Virus record (IMG/VR): IMGVR_UViG_2925908680_000001
Reading direction: 5' to 3' (one strand)
Source: a virus
Lineage: Duplodnaviria; Heunggongvirae; Uroviricota; Caudoviricetes
DNA length: 64,000 nt
Shown: piece after piece, positions 39,835 to 48,919 of the stretch
How positions within the stretch are numbered: position 1 is the stretch's first letter
How the letters are laid out: every line of letters starts with the position of its first letter
Made by a program: the position numbers and the translations under genes
Notes under the pieces: model-generated
What the model saw: only the letters and a program-made list of their open reading frames with translations
Database searches by the model: none
What the model was told of the DNA's origin: nothing

Positions 39835-40863
39835 ATGAGTGAATTAATTATCTCTGGCAGTTCCGGTGGTTTTCTGCGCAACATTGGCAAAGAGTACCAG
39901 GAAGCCGCAGAAAACTTTATTCGGTTCATGAATGACCAGGGGGCTTATGCGCCGAATACACTGCGCGACCTCCGGTTAGTGTTTCATTCCTGGGCGCGCT
40001 GGTGTCACGCTCGCCAGCTTGCCTGGTTTCCGATCTCACCAGAAATGGCCCGCGAGTATTTTCTTCAGCTGCATGATGCCGATCTGGCTTCGACCACCAT
40101 TGATAAGCACTACGCCATGCTGAACATGCTGCTTTCGCATTGTGGCCTTCCGCCACTTTCGGATGATAAAAGTGTTTCTCTGGCTATGCGGCGCATCCGG
40201 CGCGAAGCGGCAACTGAAAAAGGCGAACGAACAGGCCAGGCTATTCCTTTGCGGTGGGATGATCTGAAACTGATCGACGTCCTGTTGTCCAGGTCAGAAC
40301 GGCTGGTGGACCTGCGCAACCGGGCTTTTCTCTTTGTTGCATACAATACGCTGATGCGTATGTCGGAAATCTCGCGTATTCGCATAAGAGATCTGGACCA
40401 AACAGGTGACACTGTCACGTTGCATATTTCACACACGAAGACAATAACGACCGCAGCCGGGCTTGATAAGGTGCTTTCCCGTCGCACTACTGCTGTGCTG
40501 AATGACTGGCTGGAGGCTTCCGGGCTTCGTGAACATCCTGACGCGGTGCTGTTCCCGCCGGTACACCGTAGCAATAAGGCCAGGATTACGGCAACGCCCC
40601 TTACTGCGCCTGCAATGGAGAAAATATTCAGCGACGCCTGGGTGTTGCTGAATAAAGGAGATGCTACGCCAAACAAAGGAAGATACCGGACGTGGACCGG
40701 GCATAGTGCACGCGTCGGGGCCGCTATCGATATGGCTGAAAAGCAGGTATCTATGGTGGAGATTATGCAGGAAGGAACCTGGAAGAAACCGGAAACACTT
40801 ATGCGGTATCTGCGCCGTGGCGGCGTGTCTGTGGGGGCTAATAGCCGCCTGATGGATTTGTGA
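39835..40863 (+). CDS. dre: Dre tyrosine site-specific recombinase (Cre family)
   Basis: 342 aa; MSELIISGSSGGFLRNIG... N-terminus; Cre-like catalytic block WTGHSARVGAAIDMA...MRYLR. Confidence 0.9.
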   Translation: MSELIISGSSGGFLRNIGKEYQEAAENFIRFMNDQGAYAPNTLRDLRLVFHSWARWCHARQLAWFPISPEMAREYFLQLHDADLASTTIDKHYAMLNMLLSHCGLPPLSDDKSVSLAMRRIRREAATEKGERTGQAIPLRWDDLKLIDVLLSRSERLVDLRNRAFLFVAYNTLMRMSEISRIRIRDLDQTGDTVTLHISHTKTITTAAGLDKVLSRRTTAVLNDWLEASGLREHPDAVLFPPVHRSNKARITATPLTAPAMEKIFSDAWVLLNKGDATPNKGRYRTWTGHSARVGAAIDMAEKQVSMVEIMQEGTWKKPETLMRYLRRGGVSVGANSRLMDL

Positions 40864-40869
40864 ATTAAA

Positions 40870-40878
40870 TTTCTAACA
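40870..40878 (-). promoter_or_regulatory. operator-like TGTTAGAAA (minus orientation) just after dre
   Basis: Dispersed motif family. Confidence 0.5.
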
Positions 40879-40936
40879 CATCTTTTTAGATTAACATCTT
40901 TGCTGTAAAGTACCCTCGCCTATTTAGGAGGGTGCT

Positions 40937-41281
40937 TTGCAGAGTCAAATCACGGAATCAAGACGCTTCAAGGTGGATGGTTACACCGTAACCTTCGCCG
41001 CTGGTGTTAAGAACAGTCATGCTGTCGTTGTGTTCGGCATCATGACCGGGCTTGAGGCCGTCCCTGTGTTTACCCTCGAAAAAAACTGGCGAAATCTGGA
41101 GGAAGCAGAAAGCTACGTCCGGAAAGTAACCATCATTGCCGCCGAAAAACTCCTGGCCCACTATCAGGAAAATTATCGCACTATGGTCGAGAAGATTAAT
41201 CTCGCTTTCACTCGCCCCACTACCGGCTTTATCGCACCAGATACTAATGCAGGTCGATATCCTGCAAGGGGGCGTCGGTGA
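40937..41281 (+). CDS. hypothetical protein
   Basis: 114 aa ORF. Confidence 0.4.
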   Translation: MQSQITESRRFKVDGYTVTFAAGVKNSHAVVVFGIMTGLEAVPVFTLEKNWRNLEEAESYVRKVTIIAAEKLLAHYQENYRTMVEKINLAFTRPTTGFIAPDTNAGRYPARGRR

Positions 41282-41754
41282 AAACTTATTACCCATCTCT
41301 GAATTGTTACCCGTCTTCCTATCCAGAATTGTCCGGGAAGCTGTTAGCTCTATTAGCTAAAGCACCTACGGAATGGTTTAAGCCAGTCGTTATTAATCCG
41401 CACTTCCAGGATTACGGATCTGTTCGTACTCGTAACGAACTCAAAAACCTACTGGCGCATGGATTCATTCGACACCGTGCCGGGAAAGGCTATCAGTTAG
41501 CGATTGCGCCAGAAGAGGCCGTGCGGCTATTCGCATATCGTGACAGCCAGACAAAAGCTCGGGTAATAGCTCAAATACTTCATAACGGCAGCACCTATGC
41601 CCGCCAGTTTGGCGGCGACACGTCGCAGTTCTTGCGGGCGGTGCGATCGCTGGAGGAGCAAGGAGTTATTGAAAGTTCCTGTCTTCCTGTTCCTACCGTT
41701 CCACATATCAAACGTCGGGTTTACACCTTCACGCAGAGAGCTAAAAAACTATGA
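41278..41754 (+). CDS. hypothetical protein
   Basis: 158 aa ORF, overlaps neighbours by 4 nt. Confidence 0.4.
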   Translation: MKTYYPSLNCYPSSYPELSGKLLALLAKAPTEWFKPVVINPHFQDYGSVRTRNELKNLLAHGFIRHRAGKGYQLAIAPEEAVRLFAYRDSQTKARVIAQILHNGSTYARQFGGDTSQFLRAVRSLEEQGVIESSCLPVPTVPHIKRRVYTFTQRAKKL

Positions 41755-42245
41755 TTTACGTAAAAGTGAAACGCCTACATCCGGCAGCAAAACTTCCAGC
41801 TTATGCCACCTCCGGATCGGCGGCGATGGATTTTGAGGCTGTTGAAATAACACCATGCGTCGATAGCAATGGTGAAATTTCCTCAAGCTGGTGGGTGCAT
41901 ACCGGACTGGCTATGGAGATCCCGCCCGGCTGGTGTCTGAAACTCTATCCGCGCTCCGGGTTGGGTTGCAAAAAACATACCCGCCTGGCTAACTGCGTAG
42001 GAATTATCGACTCCGATTATCGCGGTGAAATCATGGCAAAACTGATTGCTGATCCCGGCGGGGAAGGCGTTTGCCTCAAGCCTGGAATGGCTGTTATGCA
42101 AGGCATTTTTGAGCGTGTTGAACAAGTCTCACTAGTCGAGGTTGAGGAACTCAACGAAACGGAACGTGGTGCTGGTGGCTTTGGTAGCACATCGGAAGGC
42201 CACTTTGAAATTAAGCGTTCACCGCTTCAGTACGAAAAGTTATAA
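41751..42245 (+). CDS. dut: dUTPase
   Basis: 164 aa; PRSGL, GIIDSDYRGE and RGAGGFGSTS motifs. Confidence 0.85.
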   Translation: MIYVKVKRLHPAAKLPAYATSGSAAMDFEAVEITPCVDSNGEISSSWWVHTGLAMEIPPGWCLKLYPRSGLGCKKHTRLANCVGIIDSDYRGEIMAKLIADPGGEGVCLKPGMAVMQGIFERVEQVSLVEVEELNETERGAGGFGSTSEGHFEIKRSPLQYEKL

Positions 42246-42259
42246 GCAGAGAAAAGACT

Positions 42260-42910
42260 ATGAATAACATGGCAACGAAAGAGCTTTTTAAGGTCCTTCC
42301 CAAATACAAAGCTCACAAAAACGTTAGTGCATCGAAAATCAAAAATGTTGTTATTTTCGGAGTAACTGATGACCCACTTTGGGGCTGCATCGAACTCGTT
42401 GAACCCAAAGGGGCAACAGTTTGTGTTGACGCAATTTTTTTACAAAAACACCGACCAAAAACTGGCGGGTATCTGATCGTTTATGAAAACGGTTATCTGT
42501 TCTATGCCCCGGAGAAACCATTTGAGCAATGCTATGGCCTGGTTAACGACGCCTCCGAAAATGGGGTATCGCTCAGCATTGAAGGTCACAATGGGGTGAC
42601 ATTCATTACAGCCAGGGACGTAACTATTGCTGTCGGTGGCATCATTACCACACAAGAAGAAATCGACCTTGAAGCAGCCGACTTTTCTGACGCGCTAATG
42701 TGGCTGAAAGAAGGAAAAAATGTAGCTCGACGCGAGTGGAAAGGCGAAAAGCAATTCTGCTGGTTAGTTCTCGCTGGGAGCGTCAATTTACATGACATTC
42801 AGGTTCCTTATGGTGACCATTTTGTGTTGAAAGATGCACAAAATATAAACAGCGTTTGGTTGCCGTCTGTTGATGATTTACTGGCTTGTGACTGGTTTGT
42901 AGTGGAGTGA
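42260..42910 (+). CDS. two-domain protein with C-terminal DUF2829 (Tad2-like) domain
   Basis: 216 aa; residues ~138-216 FSDALMWLKEGKNVARREWKG...DWFVVE. Confidence 0.5.
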   Translation: MNNMATKELFKVLPKYKAHKNVSASKIKNVVIFGVTDDPLWGCIELVEPKGATVCVDAIFLQKHRPKTGGYLIVYENGYLFYAPEKPFEQCYGLVNDASENGVSLSIEGHNGVTFITARDVTIAVGGIITTQEEIDLEAADFSDALMWLKEGKNVARREWKGEKQFCWLVLAGSVNLHDIQVPYGDHFVLKDAQNINSVWLPSVDDLLACDWFVVE

Positions 42911-42916
42911 TTTGAC

Positions 42917-43693
42917 ATGGAAAGCACCAAAACAATTCAATACCGCTTGCGTAATGGCCTGCTGGTGGCTGTTAACGCCGACATGTCACTGCCGTTTGAC
43001 ACGATTGAACGCACTATCATGACGTATCTCGGCTTTAATGAAGAGCTGAATGAAGAGCATGGCGTAGCTATATGGAGTGATGCAGACAGCGGCGTTCGTC
43101 GTTACATCACCGCCAGGGGCAAAGACTACTCTCTGGAAGAACTGTTTGCCCTTGCGCAGTCTTTCGAATGTGTAGCATTAGACCTGTTTAATGATCCTGC
43201 TATAGCGCAACGACTTATACGCGAGCTTGGGCTATCCGTTACACCAATTATCTTTAAAAATGGCAGCCTAACTGGCACATGGCGCGTAGAACGCATCTCA
43301 AACTACCTTCCATATAACCGACAGTTAAATGGAGTAATCTCCGGCGTTAATCAGCCCGTAGCGTGTGAAAATGTAAACCTGGTTGTCGCTGTTTTGGCAA
43401 CCGCATGTCGTGTTATCGGTTTGGCTAAACAGGCATTTATTCATTTCCCAAATGGTGCAGAAGGTAGCGCAGAGATTATCGCGTGTGATTTCGAATTTAC
43501 CTGGATGCTACGCGAATATCTGGACCAAACAGTATTCCGTGCCGAAGAACTGGATATGTATATCACGTCAACGATTCCAGACGATGTGCGAGCTGAAGCA
43601 ATCGCTACAGCCAGGGCGAAATGCCGTGCGGCGATTGCAGAACGGGCCAAAGAAGAACAGTCCAATGATACAGCGGCAGAAGAGGTGAAATAA
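42917..43693 (+). CDS. hypothetical protein
   Basis: 258 aa ORF. Confidence 0.4.
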   Translation: MESTKTIQYRLRNGLLVAVNADMSLPFDTIERTIMTYLGFNEELNEEHGVAIWSDADSGVRRYITARGKDYSLEELFALAQSFECVALDLFNDPAIAQRLIRELGLSVTPIIFKNGSLTGTWRVERISNYLPYNRQLNGVISGVNQPVACENVNLVVAVLATACRVIGLAKQAFIHFPNGAEGSAEIIACDFEFTWMLREYLDQTVFRAEELDMYITSTIPDDVRAEAIATARAKCRAAIAERAKEEQSNDTAAEEVK

Positions 43694-43695
43694 CA

Positions 43696-43727
43696 AAAAG
43701 CCCGCTTGGTATGGCGGGCTTCTTTTC
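43696..43727. terminator. bidirectional terminator aagcccgc-ttggtatg-gcgggctt
   Basis: 8-bp stem with flanking A and T runs between convergent genes. Confidence 0.8.
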
Positions 43728-43944
43728 AAATACTGGAAGCACTTTGTCTGCTACCAAGCATTCTCTGTTTAAGCACAACCATTTCCTGACGGCATAACAC
43801 AGCAATAGCGGTCCTGGCACCAATTTGCTTACCAATCAGGTATTGCTTTACCTCGCGGCGACTCACGCCATCAAGAAGCATCTTTAACGCTTCACGGGAC
43901 AATTTGTTGTATTTGCGTGCCATTAATCTACTCCGCAGAACCAT
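43726..43944 (-). CDS. hypothetical small basic protein
   Basis: 72 aa ORF downstream of doc. Confidence 0.35.
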   Translation of the reverse strand: MVLRSRLMARKYNKLSREALKMLLDGVSRREVKQYLIGKQIGARTAIAVLCRQEMVVLKQRMLGSRQSASSI

Positions 43945-44203
43945 ACAATCTACGTAGCGTGGTAGCAGTAGATGCAGATATCGCCCTTAAAACCTCCTCC
44001 TTACTTACATCACTGCGGGAGAGGATTTCAGAAGGCGATATTTCCTTTAACGACTTTTGCTTCTCTTTGCAGTTCTCGACCAGTTCCGCAGGAATAACAA
44101 ACCTGCTATCAATCGGCACAAGTTCATCAAGCGTTTGTTTGGGTACGTTAAACGTAGGATTCTTGAACACCGCAGATTCGGTTCTTAAGTTAATTTTCGA
44201 CAT
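43928..44203 (-). CDS. hypothetical protein
   Basis: 91 aa; C-terminal LRRLYGSAE resembles the end of Doc. Confidence 0.35.
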   Translation of the reverse strand: MSKINLRTESAVFKNPTFNVPKQTLDELVPIDSRFVIPAELVENCKEKQKSLKEISPSEILSRSDVSKEEVLRAISASTATTLRRLYGSAE

Positions 44204-44222
44204 TGTTTCGTAACTCCACTAC

Positions 44223-44603
44223 TCAAGTCTTGGAACCATATAGTTCACGTAGCTTTTCTGCGACTGAAGATACGGCGATTTCACCAGTCGCAGCCCCTAC
44301 AGTAAGGTCTGCCAGTTCAGGTGAATCAAATACCTGCACCCCGTTACGGCGTAGAAATAGCAGCGCACTGTTTAGCGCGGTACGCTTATTGGCATCATTG
44401 AATATATGCCCTCTCGCTGTAGCCACCAGGTAGGTGGCGGAGACTTCGAAAAGGTCGGTGATCTCTTCGTAGGCAACTCTGGCCTGAACTCTCCCGATAA
44501 TGGCCTCTGCCCTGCCCGGATCTGACATGCCAGGCAGGCCGCCGTAGCGGCTTATATTCGCATCATGAAGCGCAATAAGTTCTTCCGGTGATATATGCCT
44601 CAT
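44223..44603 (-). CDS. doc: Doc toxin (Fic-family kinase)
   Basis: 126 aa; [22 protein letters not shown]...[10 protein letters not shown] Fic motif; TAATG coupling to phd. Confidence 0.95.
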
Positions 44604-44824
44604 TATCGGTTAACCAGTTCCTTGTTGGTGGAGTCCAGGGTGTCAAACAGGGATGCAAATTCAGCATCCAGCGCCGCTTTTTTGTAGGCTTCGAAAGTAG
44701 ACTTGCTGACAATTACTGCTGGCTCACGGCCTCTGCGGGTGATTTCAACCTCTTCCCCGGCTTCAACATTGTTGAGCACTTCAGAAAGGTTGCCGCGCGC
44801 GGTACGGAAGTTAATGGATTGCAT
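44603..44824 (-). CDS. phd: Phd antitoxin
   Basis: [39 protein letters not shown]; ORF track start 44830 is likely 2 codons too long. Confidence 0.9.
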
Positions 44825-44896
44825 AAACACCTCGTGTACTCGTTATGTGTACACAATTATAAACCTCACAGGCATAAAGCACCAGCCCTTTGCAGC

Positions 44897-45286
44897 TTAA
44901 ATAACCGGACAATCATCAAACTCCCCAATTCGGGCATCATTGATGACATGAGTGATCACACCAAAAACAGCATTACTGCCCGTGCATCCATCGTCATCTA
45001 CTGGTAACGCCTCTTTCTTCCCGGTGCTTAAATCCTCCAGGTGCTGGCGCGGATACTTCCTGTATCTCTTTATGCGATATTCACCCTCCATAGCGCAGAC
45101 AAGTAGCGAACCATCAACCGGAGTAAGTGAGGAATCGACCACCAGCAAAGCACCCTGCAATATTCCCTCACGGTGATGGCTATCAGCTGCCCGCATGAAG
45201 TAGGTTGCTGATGGATGCCTGATTAGTTGCTGATCAAGAGAAATTCGGCTTTCAACATAATCCGCCGCAGGAGAAGGGAAGCCCAT
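44897..45286 (-). CDS. humD: UmuD-like protein HumD (S24 LexA-type peptidase domain)
   Basis: 129 aa; S24 peptidase fold motifs; LexA box in promoter. Confidence 0.85.
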   Translation of the reverse strand: MGFPSPAADYVESRISLDQQLIRHPSATYFMRAADSHHREGILQGALLVVDSSLTPVDGSLLVCAMEGEYRIKRYRKYPRQHLEDLSTGKKEALPVDDDGCTGSNAVFGVITHVINDARIGEFDDCPVI

Positions 45287-45305
45287 AGCGTTTTCACCTC
45301 AACAA

Positions 45306-45325
45306 TACTGTTCATTTATACAGTA
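45306..45325. promoter_or_regulatory. LexA (SOS) box TACTGT-TCATTTAT-ACAGTA
   Basis: Perfect CTGT-N8-ACAG palindrome between divergent humD and 45461 gene. Confidence 0.85.
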
Positions 45326-45460
45326 TACATTAAAGGGACACCTTTGGTGCAAACGCGTTACGTACATCAACCACCGCTGATGATTTTGTGCTCTTTGCTA
45401 CTATTCATCACCAACGGATCAGCGTAACCTCGTTGCCAATCAGTTAATAAGGAATTAGCT

Positions 45461-46042
45461 ATGCCTAATCGCATTCCTCTCGATCCTGTATTGCCCAAGA
45501 ATTTTGACTGCACTCCTAACGAGAAACGCTCTAAAGCTCAGCTGGACGCCTGGTGGGACCATCCCTATGGGGTTACAGAACATGACGGGAAAATTGTTGT
45601 TTATTGTCTGAATGGTGGCGCGTGGGACCGTCCATCCGTGCTTGGTTTGGCAAATAACTATGATGAAGCCTGTGAACTTGCCGAAAGACAGCAGGCTAGA
45701 TGGGTGAATACACGGTCTGAACCGACATTCATGTTTTCAAAAGAACCGCCATTTATACTGGCGAGGATGCCGCAGCGACCGGATCATCAACAAGAAATTG
45801 TTGCTGAATTTTCCTCAAGGGATGAGATGAATCTCTTCTCATTAAAGCAGGAAGAAAGGGATCGCGTCGAAGTGTCTCCAACTCTCGACCACAACCAGAT
45901 GAACCTGGCCCAACTCGCCTGGTACAGCAAAGAATTAGAGATGTCTATTGCCCGACTTGAAAACGAAAAAGCCGCTATCCAAGCCCAGCATGAAGTAGTT
46001 CTGAACCGGATTAGAGAAATGCAAAACGATAATAGAGGCTAA
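45461..46042 (+). CDS. hypothetical protein (Lxr-like position, probably LexA-regulated)
   Basis: 193 aa; divergent from humD across LexA box. Confidence 0.4.
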   Translation: MPNRIPLDPVLPKNFDCTPNEKRSKAQLDAWWDHPYGVTEHDGKIVVYCLNGGAWDRPSVLGLANNYDEACELAERQQARWVNTRSEPTFMFSKEPPFILARMPQRPDHQQEIVAEFSSRDEMNLFSLKQEERDRVEVSPTLDHNQMNLAQLAWYSKELEMSIARLENEKAAIQAQHEVVLNRIREMQNDNRG

Positions 46043-46066
46043 ATCGAGGTAGAAAACACATTGTTT

Positions 46067-46086
46067 AAGGCCACTAATTGTGGCCT
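46067..46086. other. hairpin aaggccac-taatt-gtggcct between convergent genes
   Basis: 7-8 bp stem. Confidence 0.45.
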
Positions 46087-46102
46087 CAAAGGGGAGAGAT
46101 GC

Positions 46103-46654
46103 TTATTGGCTATGGCTAAAAATCAAATGAGACACTTCATGTGGTTGTAGCTCGTCAAGATCCGGGGCCACAAAACCTTTTCCGAAAAACTTCACAAGTA
46201 ATTCACCAGCCGAATCATTGTCACCTATTACACGAAAGTCATACGGCAGCATCGCAAGTTGACGGCGTAATCCTGCGGAGAAAGTCGAACCTAACAGCGC
46301 CCACGAATTGCCGCCCGCGTTGTGTACAGCTGCGCTCTTAAAAATAGACTCAGTTATCCATATTGGGCCATCTTTTAAAGGAAGATAGGTTCCCCAAAGT
46401 AACTGTCTGCCATGTGATCGCGTGAAATACCGGGCCATCTTCGGATTGCTATGCTGCTTAGGAGCACCTGGTCTATATGTCTGATACCCAGCCAACATCC
46501 CATCAAACCTGTATAGAGGGAATGTAACTACTCCTTCACTTTCATCGATCCACTGTCTATATGGGTGTATATCATGGCGGTAGTTACGAGTTAGCAAATG
46601 AGCTTCCAGCTTTCCAAATTTTGTCATATTCCGTTCTTCCTGCATACTGGGCAT
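46103..46654 (-). CDS. TOPRIM-domain protein (stand-alone)
   Basis: 183 aa; conserved Glu (WITESIF) and DxD (VIGDNDSAG) arrangement. Confidence 0.4.
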   Translation of the reverse strand: MPSMQEERNMTKFGKLEAHLLTRNYRHDIHPYRQWIDESEGVVTFPLYRFDGMLAGYQTYRPGAPKQHSNPKMARYFTRSHGRQLLWGTYLPLKDGPIWITESIFKSAAVHNAGGNSWALLGSTFSAGLRRQLAMLPYDFRVIGDNDSAGELLVKFFGKGFVAPDLDELQPHEVSHLIFSHSQ

Positions 46655-46929
46655 GTGTTCTCTGTGAAATATGGGAAACTATTATCCAGCTCATCTACCC
46701 ACTGTTTATGGTCGAAGCAGAAAAATATCTCCCACGGCATTCCATATTCTTCCATCCATAGGCGGATCTGCATTTCTATTGGAATCGGCGGTATTGCAGA
46801 CACCATATCAACAGGATAACAGTTCAGACGACGTTCCAGTTTTTCTACTCTCTTCTGGAGATGAAATATCCGATCCAGATGCACACGCCGCTCCCGTGCC
46901 ATTTTAAAATAAAGCTCGCCGGTCATCAT
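46624..46929 (-). CDS. small Cys-pair protein, paralog of 46929..47294
   Basis: 101 aa; shared W..F.C.DH..W.DELD.SFPYF...CP.CR motif. Confidence 0.45.
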   Translation of the reverse strand: MMTGELYFKMARERRVHLDRIFHLQKRVEKLERRLNCYPVDMVSAIPPIPIEMQIRLWMEEYGMPWEIFFCFDHKQWVDELDNSFPYFTENTCPVCRKNGI

Positions 46930-47294
46930 TAACTCCTACATTCAGGGCAAGAGTTCCCTTCCGCAAAATAGGGGAAACTGCTATCAAGCTCATCACACCA
47001 TCTGCGATGGTCGTAGCACCAAAACGCCTCCCACGGTGCACGGAAATACTTCATCCACCAGGACACTCGATCAGGTATATCTGCTGGTGGCAGCTCTTCT
47101 GGCAATAATTTGCCTGATAATTCCCTTTCCGCCCGCGCCAGCATTCCTTTTAGACTCGCATTCTCTTTTTCAAGAATATCTATGCGCGCCTGTAACTCAG
47201 CTTTCGTTGGCATGGTCCGCCTCATGCTTTTCAGCCACCAGCGGCAATAAAGCCCTGGCCATCTTATGAACCAACAGAGCATCGATAATGCCAA
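46929..47294 (-). CDS. small Cys-pair protein, paralog of 46624..46929
   Basis: 121 aa; same C-terminal motif. Confidence 0.45.
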   Translation of the reverse strand: MALSMLCWFIRWPGLYCRWWLKSMRRTMPTKAELQARIDILEKENASLKGMLARAERELSGKLLPEELPPADIPDRVSWWMKYFRAPWEAFWCYDHRRWCDELDSSFPYFAEGNSCPECRS

Positions 47295-47877
47295 GCGTAT
47301 GCCCCGGCTTAATGTTTAATGCCGCCTCAAGGTGACACCTTTCCAGGTCACTTTTCTCGGCTTGTTTATGATGATCTGGCGTAATAACGTCGCCCAAAAC
47401 ACGGCTAATTCTTTCTCGTAATTGCTGGGTGCCTGCACACTTGATCGCTGTATCGTGGAGACGGTTAACCAGTTCGCGATAAACATGCGGCTTAATGCGG
47501 ATACGTTCACCGGTGACGCCCTTTCCTGGCGCTGGCACCGAACTATCCGGAATATCCGGATAGTTGCCAGCCTCGTAAGCTACCCGCAGCCAGTGCATGA
47601 ATGTTTCAGTGGACACACAACCACAGTCCACATCGATTTTTCCGCGTTGCTGTTCCAGCCACTGCTCAAAATTCAATCTACACGTATTACTTTCATGTTG
47701 CTCTTTTTGTCTCAAGGCCAGCACCTGTTGGGCCAGTTCCAGAACGATACCGGGTGACGCTAACCTCTCAAATTCCAATAAATAGTTTGCGTCAGGATGA
47801 CAAGTAGCCTCGCCTGCAAAAAATACCAATTGCTGTAAGTATGCTGTCGTTAGAGTAGTCATTTCTTTTTGCGCCAT
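47197..47877 (-). CDS. hypothetical protein (C-terminal region related to C-terminus of 56369..56992)
   Basis: 226 aa; LVNRLHDTAIKCAGTQQLRERIS vs LVDALRDVAIECHGTDQLRARLS. Confidence 0.4.
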   Translation of the reverse strand: MAQKEMTTLTTAYLQQLVFFAGEATCHPDANYLLEFERLASPGIVLELAQQVLALRQKEQHESNTCRLNFEQWLEQQRGKIDVDCGCVSTETFMHWLRVAYEAGNYPDIPDSSVPAPGKGVTGERIRIKPHVYRELVNRLHDTAIKCAGTQQLRERISRVLGDVITPDHHKQAEKSDLERCHLEAALNIKPGHTLGIIDALLVHKMARALLPLVAEKHEADHANES

Positions 47878-48233
47878 TTCTTTTCACATTCCTTAGTCCA
47901 TTTTTCAATGTTCATTTTGGCAATATCAGTCATTCCATCACCTAAGAAATACTTTTTCCGGTACGTCTTGCACTTAAACCACACTACAACAGCCACCAGC
48001 CAGAAAATAAAAGGCCATACGGCAATACCAACTCCAGCCGCGATAAAGCCCAATATCCATAAATGAAGCTCTCCAACTTCTGTTTCCGGCAATATTCTTA
48101 AAGAATTAAACAGCAGGCTGAACGAATGGTCGTATGCATTGGCAGTATAAGACATGCAATCCATATAATTAAAGTCATAGCCTGCGGCTGCCGCCCATAA
48201 TGGGCGGTCAAGAAAATGTTTTAGTGTCATCAT
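47859..48233 (-). CDS. membrane protein
   Basis: 124 aa with central TM helices and Lys-rich tail. Confidence 0.4.
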   Translation of the reverse strand: MMTLKHFLDRPLWAAAAGYDFNYMDCMSYTANAYDHSFSLLFNSLRILPETEVGELHLWILGFIAAGVGIAVWPFIFWLVAVVVWFKCKTYRKKYFLGDGMTDIAKMNIEKWTKECEKKWRKKK

Positions 48234-48239
48234 ATTAAT

Positions 48240-48533
48240 TTAAGGTTCAGACCAGTTATCTTCAATAGCAATGCTTAATCTTTGTAGCCATTCTGCTAAT
48301 TTCAGCATTGCTTCTCTTTCGCTTAAACCACACGGAAAATCATCAAGCGATATTGTTGGCTTGAAGTTTCCCAAATTATCCATTTCAACGGTCAGATTTT
48401 GCTCCAGAACGGTATTTCTTACGCGGCTATTGTGCCGAAGCAAATATACTGAACGTGATTTATTGGTTTTGTGGTCGAACGTATATTCGGTAAGTATCAT
48501 CTGACTTCCGCCATGATTATTACCGCGCCACAT
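48240..48533 (-). CDS. hypothetical protein
   Basis: 97 aa ORF. Confidence 0.35.
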   Translation of the reverse strand: MWRGNNHGGSQMILTEYTFDHKTNKSRSVYLLRHNSRVRNTVLEQNLTVEMDNLGNFKPTISLDDFPCGLSEREAMLKLAEWLQRLSIAIEDNWSEP

Positions 48534-48556
48534 AATTACTCCGTGTTAATTGAAAT

Positions 48557-48919
48557 TTAGCTATTAATCTTCACTTTTATCGCGAACACCTTTACCGGTT
48601 TATCACCGAAGTGTGGATGTGTGATTGTTTTTATTTCATATCCGTTATACGGGACGTCTATTCTGCGACTGGAATCGTCGCGCTTCGGATATCCCTTTGT
48701 GATAATCAGGCGGTCATATTCCCGGAACATGATTCGCTTATTCCAGTAGTCATTACACAAGCGATACTCTTCCGTTTTCTCTCCAGACTTCATCTGGTCG
48801 AAATATTCACCGTTAACTGCCAGTTGAAGGTTAGCCACGGTTAACCTCCTGCGGTGGTTCCGGTAGCGGCATCCAGTGAGTTGCCTGCTCAATACCATTA
48901 CCCGGTTTAATCGTTGCAT
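48557..48919 (-). CDS. ASCH/PUA-like domain protein
   Basis: YFDQMKSGEKTEEYRL motif; start may be internal. Confidence 0.45.
   Translation of the reverse strand: MQRLNRVMVLSRQLTGCRYRNHRRRLTVANLQLAVNGEYFDQMKSGEKTEEYRLCNDYWNKRIMFREYDRLIITKGYPKRDDSSRRIDVPYNGYEIKTITHPHFGDKPVKVFAIKVKINS

Noticed and set aside
40864-43693. Type III restriction-modification genes (res/mod) expected after the cre-like gene by analogy with P1
   Set aside because: The ORFs here encode a dUTPase, a DUF2829 protein and small unknowns; no methyltransferase or restriction motifs outside darB.
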